From Macrostomum lignano (taxonomy: Eukaryota): a stretch of DNA of 64,000 bases. Under the pieces are notes generated by a model. It made no database searches, was not told the origin of the DNA, and was given only the letters and a program-made list of their open reading frames with translations. Position 1 is the first letter of the stretch. Each line of letters opens with the position of its first letter. Position numbers and translations under genes: made by a program. The stretch covers positions 38,615 to 102,614 of the forward strand of contig NIVC01003356.1 in NCBI GenBank assembly GCA_002269645.1, written 5' to 3'. This document shows positions 37,611 through 47,824 of the stretch, one piece after another.

Positions 37611-39270
37611 AGGATCTGGGATCTAGGATCTGGGATCTAGGATCTGGGATCTAGGATCTGGGATCTAGGATCTGGGATCTGGGATCTAGGATCTGGTATT
37701 TAAGATCTGGGATCTAGGATCTGGGATCTAGGATCTGGGATCTAGGATCTGGGATCTAGGATCTGGGATCTAGGATCTGGGATCTAGGATCTGGGATCTA
37801 GGATCTGGGATCTAGGATCTGGGATCTAGGATCTGGGATCTAGGATCTGGGATCTAGGATCTGGGATCTAGGATCTGGGATCTAGGATCTGGGATCTAGG
37901 ATCTGGGATCTAGGATCTGGGATCTAGGATCTGGGATCTAGGATCTGGGATCTAGGATCTGGGATCTAGGATCTGGGATCTAGGATCTGGGATCTAGGAT
38001 CTGGGATCTAGGATCTGGGATCTAGGATCTGGGATCTAGGATCTGGGATCTAGGATCTGGGATCTAGGATCTGGGATCTAGGATCTGGGATCTAGGATCT
38101 GGGATCTAGGATCTGGGATCTAGGATCTGGGATCTAGGATCTGGGATCTAGGATCTGGGATCTAGGATCTGGGATCTAGGATCTGGGATCTAGGATCTGG
38201 GATCTAGGATCTGGGATCTAGGATCTGGGATCTAGGATCTGGGATCTAGGATCTGGGATCTAGGATCTGGGATCTAGGATCTGGGATCTAGGATCTGGGA
38301 TCTAGGATCTGGGATCTAGGATCTGGGATCTAGGATCTGGGATCTAGGATCTGGGATCTAGGATCTGGGATCTAGGATCTGGGATCTAGGATCTGGGATC
38401 TAGGATCTGGGATCTAGGATCTGGGATCTAGGATCTGGGATCTAGGATCTGGGATCTAGGATCTGGGATCTAGGATCTGGGATCTAGGATCTGGGATCTA
38501 GGATCTGGGATCTAGGATCTGGGATCTAGGATCTGGGATCTAGGATCTGGGATCTAGGATCTGGGATCTAGGATCTGGGATCTAGGATCTGGGATCTAGG
38601 ATCTGGGATCTAGGATCTGGGATCTAGGATCTGGGATCTAGGATCTGGGATCTAGGATCTGGGATCTAGGATCTGGGATCTAGGATCTGGGATCTAGGAT
38701 CTGGGATCTAGGATCTGGGATCTAGGATCTGGGATCTAGGATCTGGGATCTAGGATCTGGGATCTAGGATCTGGGATCTAGGATCTGGGATCTAGGATCT
38801 GGGATCTAGGATCTGGGATCTAGGATCTGGGATCTAGGATCTGGGATCTAGGATCTGGGATCTAGGATCTGGGATCTAGGATCTGGGATCTAGGATCTGG
38901 GATCTAGGATCTGGGATCTAGGATCTGGGATCTAGGATCTGGGATCTAGGATCTGGGATCTAGGATCTGGGATCTAGGATCTGGGATCTAGGATCTGGGA
39001 TCTAGGATCTGGGATCTAGGATCTGGGATCTAGGATCTGGGATCTAGGATCTGGGATCTAGGATCTGGGATCTAGGATCTGGGATCTAGGATCTGGGATC
39101 TAGGATCTGGGATCTAGGATCTGGGATCTAGGATCTGGGATCTAGGATCTGGGATCTAGGATCTGGGATCTAGGATCTGGGATCTAGGATCTGGGATCTA
39201 GGATCTGGGATCTAGGATCTGGGATCTAGGATCTGGGATCTAGGATCTGGGACTTAGGATCTGGGATCTA
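37611..39270. repeat. Near-perfect 14-bp array (GGATCTGGGATCTA)n, ~118 copies
   Basis: Dimer of 7-mers GGATCTG/GGATCTA; variants only near the edges. Confidence 0.98.
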
Positions 39271-39601
39271 CGATTTTCAGAAACTATAATTTAACAATAA
39301 TAAAATAAGACTTTTAAGCCACATCAGATAACAACTTTTTCTTGTTAACATCCGGTCTCACACTAAGCCACAATGATTGTCCCTGTCAAGGGCACAGACG
39401 GATTTTATTGGCTACTGAGCTGCGTCACTTGCCTGGAGAAAATCGGGAAGGAAAATCTCTTAATGCAGCTGTCCGCCCCGCGCATGCCCAATGCTGTATT
39501 TTATAGCTATTACAGCAATTTCTTGGAAATCCCATACTCCCGCTTTCATATGCATATAGCAGATGAAGTACTGTTACAGTGGGAAACCACCTTTCAAGCA
39601 A

Positions 39602-39732
39602 ACCGGATGTGACTACTAATTTTTTTCTGAAGGCGGAAGTGGCTATGTCGGGAATTTTGTGTTTTTTATCATCAGCAGAAAAGCACCTGGCAGCGCCGCG
39701 GAGGCCCCTGGAGCTGCGGAAGTTCATCCGGT
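39602..39732. promoter_or_regulatory. Cluster of four ETS-type binding motifs
   Basis: ACCGGATGT 39602-39610, GCGGAAGTG 39633-39641, GCGGAAGT 39716-39723, and CATCCGGT (ACCGGATG on minus) 39725-39732. Function not demonstrated. Confidence 0.35.
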
Positions 39733-40044
39733 TTCCCAACTAATAGTTATATTCTCTTAAATTTGGAAAACATTTCAAATGAGGCAAAATGCTTGCACTG
39801 TTGGTGGATAAGCTGGATAGATCCTTTTAAAGGGAGGAAAGGAGGAAAATCTGTCATTGAAACCTGAGCCTTTTTGGCGTTTAAAAACTTTCTCTTTTCA
39901 CCGAGCTTTTCGTAATGCAAGGAATTAAGAAGCAAGTCAAAATTTTCATTTAAAAAGCCTTTTTTATTACTACTGGTAGTAGCAAAGCTAGTGTAGTAGT
40001 ATCATGAATTTCTTCAGTTAACTAACTACAGCACAGGGCCTGGC

Positions 40045-40260
40045 CCAGAAACTAATAACCTGGGAGGCTGGCCCAGCAACTGAGGATCTGGGAGGCTGGC
40101 CCAGTAACTGGGGATCTGGGAGGCTGGCCTAGCAACTGAGGATCTGGGAGGCTGGCCCAGCAACTGAGGATCTGGGAGGCTGGCCCAGCAGCTGAGGATC
40201 TGGGAGGCTGGCCCAGCAACTCAGGATCTGGGAGGCTGGCCCAGCAACTGAGGATCTGGG
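40045..40260 (+). repeat. 28-bp repeat (GGGAGGCTGGCCCAGCAACTGAGGATCT), short block before LHPP exon 3
   Basis: Same unit and orientation as 42220-44600. Confidence 0.93.
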
Positions 40261-40302
40261 ATGCGCAGCATTGATAAAACCCCCCTCAAACCGATCCTCC
40301 AG

Positions 40303-40735
40303 ACTGTCTTCCCGAGCTTCAAGACGTGGCAGCGACCGCCGCCGACCCTGTCGACTGCGTCGTGCTCGGAGACGCCAGCGACGGGTTCAGCTACGCGGCG
40401 TTGAACGCCGCCTTCCAGCGGTTGATGACGCCGGCAGCGCGCGGCGGCGGGCAGCCAGTGGGGCTGCTCAGCCTCGGCATGGGCCGCTACTACAGGCAGG
40501 CGGAGCAGCTGCATCTGGATGTCGGCGCCTTCGCCAGAGCGCTGGAGTTCGCATCCGGTTCGACGGCCGAGGTTGTCGGCAAGCCGTCGGCGGCTTTCTT
40601 CGGTGCCGGAGTCAAAACGCTCGGATTGGACGGCGCCGCTGCTGTGGTCATGGTTGGGGACGACATTGTCAGCGACGTGGGCGGAGCGATGGCTGCTGGA
40701 CTGCTGGGCGTGCAGGTGCGGACTGGAAAGTTCAG
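40303..40735 (+). CDS. LHPP: LHPP exon 3
   Basis: VVLGDASDGFSYAALNAAF, GMGRYY, LDVGAF, VVGKPS, MVGDDIVSDVGGA and VRTGKF match LHPP/HDHD2-family motifs; CTCCAG| and AG|GTGAG. Confidence 0.93.
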
Positions 40736-40759
40736 GTGAGTGGCTAAATCGAGAGCGAG

Positions 40760-41400
40760 GCAGTGCAATGGGGTGGTGGGTGCTGATTAAGTGTGAGGCA
40801 GTGGGGTGGTGGGTGCTGATCGAGAGCGAGGCAATGGGATTGTGGGTGCTGATTAAGTGTGAGGCAGTGGGGTGGTGGGTGCTGATTAAGTGTGAGGCAG
40901 TGGGGTGGTGGGTGCTTATTAAGTGTGAGGCAGTGGGGTGGTGGGTGCTGATTGAGAGTGAGGCAGTGGGGTGGTGGTTGCTGATTGAGAATGAGGCAAT
41001 GGGATTGTGGGTGCTGATTAAGTGTGAGGCAGTGGGGTGGTGGGTGCTGATCGAGAGCGAGGCAATGGGATTGTGGGTGCTGATTAAGTGTGAGGCAGTG
41101 GGGTGGTGGGTGCTGATTAAGTGTGAGGCAGTGGGGTGGTGGGTGCTGATTAAGTGTGAGGCAGTGGGGTGGTGGGTGCTGATTGAGAGTGAGGCAGTGG
41201 GGTGGTTGGTGCTGATCGAGAGCGAGGCAATGGGATTGTGGGTGCTGATTAAGTGTGAGGCAGTGTGGGGTGGTGGGTGCTGATTAAGTGTGAGGCAGTG
41301 TGGGGTGGTGGGTGCTGATTAAGTGTGAGGCAGTGTGGGGTGGTGGGTGCTGATTAAGTGTGAGGCAGTGGAGTGGTGGGTGCTGATTGAGTGTGAGGCA
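40760..41400. repeat. 33-bp G-rich minisatellite filling LHPP intron 3
   Basis: GTGGGTGCTGATTAAGTGTGAGGCAGTGGGGTG units. Confidence 0.95.
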
Positions 41401-41422
41401 GTTATTGGACTTTTAATTTCAG

Positions 41423-41510
41423 ACCGAGCGCAGACGAGCCGCACCCTAGCGTGACCCCAACGGCTTACGTGGACGACCTGAAGCAGCTGGTGGATATTCT
41501 TCTTAACTGA
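41423..41510 (+). CDS. LHPP: LHPP exon 4 (terminal)
   Basis: TTTCAG| then (R)PSADEPHPSVTPTAYVDDLKQLVDILLN-stop, matching the LHPP C-terminus; phase 2 fits. Confidence 0.88.
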
Positions 41511-42219
41511 TCGAATCTGGTTATTACATTTTAAATTGATTTTTCAGTAAAATTACGCTCGGAATTATCTATAAACAAAAATAATTTACCTTTCTTACCC
41601 TTAGGATTTTACGGTAGACAAACAATTATTCTGTTTGCAGTTTATCTTCAGCTAAACTTTCGCAATATTGCATATCACCTTTATACTGAATGTAAAACAC
41701 GGTCATGGTTATCAGTTAGTTTTTATACGCTATTGTGACTTTTGGTGCATGGATATCATATTGTTTTTGTCAAATTGAATAATTTCTCGATATTATCGCC
41801 TCCTTTCATTGAAGCATTGTTTGTAGTAGATACAGTTTTACTACATGTACGAGTACAAGAGAAACATACCATTCACCAAAAATTCCTGCGTAACATGTAC
41901 GCTACTAACGCCAGCTGCAGATCTGCGTTCAGGTACTTACACGTACATGTATGTACTTTATCTTGTAGTGCAGCTGTCTAATTGCATGGGATCCATTTCC
42001 CTCCCGTGCACTCCAATTGAGGAGCCCAGCTCGATAGGCTTGACCGGGTTAATTGCATATGTACGCTCGTACATGTACATTCTATCGAGACGGTATGCTC
42101 ATTGGGATTATTATTAATATATTTAGCCGCATGTACACTCTCGTATGCCTGGGGGTTGGACCTCAAATCCTTGCATGTACATGTAATAGTGCGATTTGTT
42201 ATAATTGTGCCGATCTGAG

Positions 42220-44600
42220 AGACTGGCCCAGCAACTGGGGATCTGGGAGGCTGGTGGCCCAGCAACTGAGGATCTGGGAGGCTGGTCCAGCAACTGAGGA
42301 TCTGGGAGGCTGGCCCAGCAACTGAGAATCTGGGAGACTGGCCCAGCAACTGAGGATCTGGGAAGTTGGTGGCCCAGTAACTGAGGATCTGGGAGGCTGG
42401 TCCAGCAACTGAGGATCTGGGAGGCTGGCCCAGCAACTGAGAATCTGGGAGACTGGCCCAGCAACTGAGGATCTGGTAGGCTGGCCCAGCAACTGAGAAT
42501 CTGGGAGGCTGGCCCAGCAACTGAGGATCTGGAAGGCTGGCCCAGCAACAGAGGATCTGGGAGGCTGGCCCAGCAACTGAGGATCTGGGAGGCTGGCCCA
42601 GCAACTGAGGATCTGGGAGGCTGGCCCAGCAATTGAGAATCTGAGAGACTGGCCCAGCAACTGAGGATCTGAGAGGCTGGCCCAGCAACTGAGGATCTGG
42701 GAGGCTGGCCCAGCAACTGAGGATCTGGGAGGCTGGCCCAGCAACTGAAGATCTGGGAGGCTGGTGGCCCAGCAACTGAGGATCTGGGAGGCTGGACCAG
42801 CAACTGAGGATCTGGGAGGCTGGCCCAGCAACTGAAGATCTGGGAGGCTGGCCCAGCAACTGAGGATCTTGGAGGCTGGCCCAGCAACAGAGGATCTGGG
42901 AGGCTGGCCCAGCAATTGAGAATCTGAGAGACTGGCCCAGCAACTGAGGATCTGAGAGGCTGGCCCAGCAACTGAGGATCTGGGAGGCTGGCCCAGCAAC
43001 TGAGGATCTGGGAGGCTGGCCCAGCAACTGAAGATCTGGGAGGCTGGTGGCCCAGCAACTGAGGATCTGGGAGGCTGGACCAGCAACTGAGGATCTGGGA
43101 GGCTGGCCCAGCAACTGAGAATCTGGGAGGCTGGCCCAGCAACTGAGGATCTGGAAGGCTGGCCCAGCAACAGAGGATCTGGGAGGCTGGCCCAGCAACT
43201 GAGGATCTGGGAGGCTGGCCCAGCAACTGAGGATCTGGGAGGCTGGCCCAGCAATTGAGAATCTGAGAGACTGGCCCAGCAACTGAGGATCTGAGAGGCT
43301 GGCCCAGCAACTGAGGATCTGGGAGGCTGGCCCAGCAACTGAGGATCTGGGAGGCTGGCCCAGCAACTGAAGATCTGGGAGGCTGGTGGCCCAGCAACTG
43401 AGGATCTGGGAGGCTGGACCAGCAACTGAGGATCTGGGAGGCTGGCCCAGCAACTGAGGATCTGGGAGGCTGGCCCAGCAACTGAGGATCTGGGAGGCTG
43501 GCCCAGCAACAGAGGATCTGAGAGGCTGGCCCAGCAACTGAGGATCTGGGAGGCTGGCCCAGCAACTGAGGATCTGGGAGGCTGGCCCAGCAACTGAAGA
43601 TCTGGGAGGCTGGTGGCCCCGCAACTGAGGATCTGGGAGGCTGGCCCAGCAATTGAGAATCTGGGAGGCTGGCCCAGCAACTGAGAATCTGAGAGACTGG
43701 CCCAGCAACTGAGGATCTGAGAGGCTGGCCCAGCAACTGAGGATCTGGGAGGCTGGCCCAGCAACTGAGGATCTGGGAGTCTGGCCCAGCAACTGAAGAT
43801 CTGGGAGGCTGGTGGCCCAGCAACTGAGGATCTCGGAGGCTGGCCCAGCAACTGAGGATCTGGGAGGCTGGCCCAGCAACTGAGGATCTGGGAGGCTGGC
43901 CCAGCAACTGAAGATCTGGGAGGCTGGTGGCCCAGCAACTGAGGATCTGGGAGGCTGGCCCAGCAACTGAGGATCTGGGAGGCTGGCCCAGCAATTGAGA
44001 ATCTGAGAGACTGGCCCAGCAACTGAGGATCTGAGAGGCTGGCCCAGCAACTGAGGATCTGGGAGGCTGGCCCAGCAACTGAGGATCTGGGAGGCTGGCC
44101 CAGCAACTGAAGATCTGGGAGGCTGGTGGCCCAGCAACTGAGGATCTGGAGGCTGGACCAGCAACTGAGGATCTGGGAGGCTGGCCAGCAACTGAAGATC
44201 TGGGAGGCTGGCCCAGCAACTGAGGATCTTGGAGGCTGGCCCAGCAACAGAGGATCTGGGAGGCTGGCCCAGCAACTGAGGATCTGGGAGGCTGGCCCAG
44301 CAACTGAGGATCTGGGAGGCTGGCCCAGCAACTGAAGATCTGGGAGGCTGGTGGCCCCGCAACTGAGGATCTGGGAGGCTGGCCCAGCAATTGAGAATCT
44401 GGGAGGCTGGCCCAGCAACTGAGAATCTGAGAGACTGGCCCAGCAACTGAGGATCTGAGAGGCTGGCCCAGCAACTGAGGATCTGGGAGGCTGGCCCAGC
44501 AACTGAGGATCTGGGAGTCTGGCCCAGCAACTGAAGATCTGGGAGGCTGGTGGCCCAGCAACTGAGGATCTCGGAGGCTGGCCCAGCAACTGAGGATCTG
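42220..44600. repeat. 28-bp minisatellite (~83 copies, with 31-bp variants) between the convergent LHPP and ValRS 3' ends
   Basis: Source of the 811-917 aa pseudo-ORFs. Confidence 0.97.
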
Positions 44601-45128
44601 GAAGGTCGCCGGCAGCAAATGAACGAAAATTCAAATACTTGACTTATTTGTCCAGAGGCTGCAATCAACAAACTCTTATTTTTAGTCAGCAATCTTCCAA
44701 TCGAAGATTCAGCACACGCAGTTATATTCAAGGCAATTGCATTTTCAAATCAATGTTTTGAGCGGAGCACGACTGAGTGATGGCGGCACATTTTTTATAC
44801 TTTGCAAATACATTAGCCAGTCGCAATTAATTGAATCAAGTGGTCCATTTTCTAATTGTCTTTTTCTAATGTCAATTCAACAACTTTCGAATAAAATATC
44901 AGTAATTAGATTACAGTAAGTAGCATAAAAATTTTTATTACTAATTAAACAAAAATGTTTATTTATGGCGCAAATTAACAAGACTTTACCTGGGGAGGGG
45001 TTGATTGGTGATAAATTAAGTTTCTAAATCCTGTAATTGTAAATATTCCCAGTTTTATAGCTGTCACCAAAAAGGAGTCATGGGAATTAATAAGGTCAAA
45101 TTAAGACGGTAATTATTGCCCAGTCTCC

Positions 45129-46136
45129 TCAGGCAAGCGGCTCCCGGTGCTTCATCAGATCCAAATACCGTCTAACATTGCCAAACTCGGTCAATGTTGT
45201 CACGGCAACATCGCTAGAAACCTGTTGAAGAAGACTTGCAACAGCCGCATCGGCAGCACTGAGCGACTCGCCGACCAGAAAAGTCCTGGTAGCCAAGTAG
45301 CCATTCAGCATTCGGGCAAAGTCTACAAATTGACAGCGGCCAATAGAAGAATGCCGGCTGTTAGTTGCCATGGCAACCACGGCTGGCAATAGGCGGCTAA
45401 TAGCCAGGCTAATCCATTGGTCTCTGGCGCAATGCACACCCGGCTGCAGTCGGTGGCACAGGCCAATCAAATCAAAGATTGCATCATTGGGGTTGGAACT
45501 ATCGAATGTCGCTACGAATTCGGCATTTCCATTTGGCATATTGTTACAGTTGATTAGCCGGTCTCGAGTCTGCTTGTCGGCCTCTTGAACAGTAGTGATC
45601 TTCTGCCCGTTGCCAAGCAGATTAGCAATGCACTTGGCCGCTTCAGTCAGTAGATAAGCGGATTTGCTATTCGACAGGCGAATCAGCTGCTTGATGCCGC
45701 CGCTGCCGCCAGACACAACAGCTGACTCGGCCAGCTTGGCCCGTTCGGTCAGCAGCTTCTCCAGCTTGTCTCTGTTGGCCGCACGGACAGCCTCCGGCAT
45801 GCTCGCCGAGCCCGGCGCGTCAAGCTGTTCGCGAAGCTTCGCCACCTGCTTGTCGAGGGTGTCCAGCCGGGATGCCAGCCGGGCGGCCTCCTTGGCGAGG
45901 TCAACAATGCCAGCTAGGACCAGGTGCAGTTCAACCCGATCGTTCAGGGTGTTCATAGCGCAGGCTTCGGTTGGACGACTGCTGCTGCACTCGATGATGG
46001 AGCAGTTGGAGAGGCTGCACAATGGTTTCTGCTCTCGTTGTACTAGAGCAGCGAGTTCGGAATCTGCTGTGACCAGAATGGCGCGAGTTCGCTGGCGTCC
46101 AGTCAGCTGGTATTCACCGCGGAGACTGCGGACTGC
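45129..46136 (-). CDS. VARS1: Valyl-tRNA synthetase exon 8: end of anticodon-binding domain, coiled-coil arm and C-terminal GST-like domain
   Basis: Acceptor CTGTAG|; AVRSLRGEY; coiled coil LAKEAARLASRLDTLDKQVAKL; SGGSGG linker; GST_C-like LNGYLATRTFLVGESLSAAD and FGNVRRYL; stop at 45129. Confidence 0.88.
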   Translation of the reverse strand, partial: AVRSLRGEYQLTGRQRTRAILVTADSELAALVQREQKPLCSLSNCSIIECSSSRPTEACAMNTLNDRVELHLVLAGIVDLAKEAARLASRLDTLDKQVAKLREQLDAPGSASMPEAVRAANRDKLEKLLTERAKLAESAVVSGGSGGIKQLIRLSNSKSAYLLTEAAKCIANLLGNGQKITTVQEADKQTRDRLINCNNMPNGNAEFVATFDSSNPNDAIFDLIGLCHRLQPGVHCARDQWISLAISRLLPAVVAMATNSRHSSIGRCQFVDFARMLNGYLATRTFLVGESLSAADAAVASLLQQVSSDVAVTTLTEFGNVRRYLDLMKHREPLA

Positions 46137-46209
46137 CTACAGGGCGGTATGGTAATAATAATATAGTAGTAATAGCTTACAGGCTTTCTTAGAAATGCTT
46201 CAAAAATGA

Positions 46210-46340
46210 ATCTTATACTGATTACTAGAAATGGGAGACTGATTACTAGAAATGGGATACTGATTACTAGAAAATGGATACTGATTACTAGAAATGGGAT
46301 ACTGATTACTAGAACAGATTCAAGATTCTTAGAAATTGTG
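46210..46340. repeat. 21-bp repeat in ValRS intron 7 (TGATTACTAGAAATGGGATAC)
   Basis: About 5 copies. Confidence 0.88.
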
Positions 46341-46423
46341 TTCATGAAATACTGTTTGTTAGAAACGTCAAGTATCAATGGTGCTTATTAGGACAAAAGT
46401 CGAAATATGCACTTTATTCTCAC

Positions 46424-46756
46424 CTTAATAATTTTGATCAGCTGATCAACCTCAGTCTCGCAGTGCTCTTTACGATAGCAGTGAAACTCGCCAATCGAAG
46501 GGAACTCAGCAACACACAGGCTGGGCTCGGAGAACAGCGGCGTCGGCGGATGTCGAGGCAATCGCTGCCAGAGCTCCTCAGTGATGAAGGGCATGAATGG
46601 ATGAGCCAGTCGCAGGCCCGTGTCGCAGCAGATGTACAGCGTGTGCCTGATCAAGTCGGCGTCGTATTCGGGGTCCTTTAAGGCGAGCTTCGAGTACTCC
46701 AGGTACACATCGCAGAAGTCGTACAGCCAGAAATTGTAGCAGGCGGTGGTGGCCGA
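46424..46756 (-). CDS. VARS1: ValRS exon 7 (anticodon-binding domain)
   Basis: SATTACYNFWLYDFCDVYLE...LAHPFMPFITEELWQRLP; canonical AG/GT, phase 0/0. Confidence 0.95.
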
Positions 46757-46769
46757 CTGGAGTGGACAG

Positions 46770-47350
46770 GGGATTGGGGAATCTCACCATTAGGGATTGG
46801 GGATTCTCACCATTAGTAATTGGGGATTCTCAACATTAGTGATAGGGGAATCTCACTATTGGGGATTGGGGAATCTCACCATTAGTGATTGGGGAATCTC
46901 ACTATTGGGGATTGGGGAATCTCACCATTAGTGATTGGGGAATCTCACTATTGGGGATTGGGAAATCTCACCATTAGGGATTGGGGAATCTCACTATTGG
47001 GGATTGGGGAATCTCACCATTAGGGATTGGGGAATCTCACTATTAGGGATTAGGGATTCTCACCATTAGGGATTGGGGAATCTCACCATTAGGGATTGGG
47101 GAATCTCACTATTGGGGATTGGGGAATCTCACCATTAGGGATAGGGGAATCTCACTATTAGGGATTGGGGATTCTCACCATTAGGGATTGGGGAATCTCA
47201 CCATTAGGGATTGGGGAATCTCACTATTTGGGATTGGGGAATCTCACCATTAGGGATTGGGGAATCTCACCATTAGGGATTGGGGATTCTTACCATTAGA
47301 GAGCGGGAAATCTTACCATTAGGGTAGGGGAATCTTACTATTAGGGTAGG
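46770..47350. repeat. 23-24-bp minisatellite in ValRS intron 6 (GGGATTGGGGAATCTCACCATTA)
   Basis: Directly visible. Confidence 0.95.
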
Positions 47351-47408
47351 AGAATTCTCGCCAATGATGCAAAGGGACTATCATGCTATAACTAAGGTCC
47401 ACACAAAC

Positions 47409-47783
47409 CTGGAAGTCGTAGGCCTCCAATCCTTTGTCAATAGCTCGCACAGTGTAGGTCAGCCTAGACAGAATCCATTGATCCAACGAGCTGCCAATTC
47501 GATGCGGCAGCCGAGTCTCGGGCAGTTGAAACGAATCGCCCAGACACATAAGCACATAGCGTACAGCTTGCCACATCTTGTTGCAGAAGAACCGATATCC
47601 TTGAACTCGTAGCACGTCCAAGTTGATATCGCGTCCTTGAGCGCTGTAGGCGCAGAGAGCGAAGCGCAGGGCGTCGGTGCCGCACTCAGGAATGCCATTG
47701 GGATAATCTTCCTTCTGGCACTGGCGAGCTCGATCAATCTCGCGACGGTCCAGGTTCGAATCTTCGAGTTGAGCGTGAAGAGA
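47409..47783 (-). CDS. VARS1: ValRS exon 6
   Basis: YPNGIPECGTDALRFALCAY...GYRFFCNKMWQA; CCACAG| and |GTTTGT. Confidence 0.95.
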
Positions 47784-47824
47784 CTGTGGGATTTTTTGGA
47801 TAACAAACTTCTATGTTAAAGGTG

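Noticed and set aside
37611-39270. Telomere or interstitial telomeric repeat
   Set aside because: The unit is not TTAGGG or a recognisable telomere variant, and no telomere-associated features flank it.
39425-39739. 104-aa minus-strand ORF as a possible upstream PNT-domain exon of the ETS gene
   Set aside because: No resemblance to SAM/PNT and no convincing in-phase splice sites.
40519-41283. 254-aa ORF with GWWVLIKCEAV repeats
   Set aside because: Off-frame LHPP exon 3 plus the intron-3 33-bp satellite.
41978-44731. 811-917 aa ORFs (PPRSSVAGPASQILSCWASL...)
   Set aside because: All three minus-strand frames are open across a 28-bp satellite whose minus strand lacks stops. There is no domain, and the non-triplet period makes the frames cycle.
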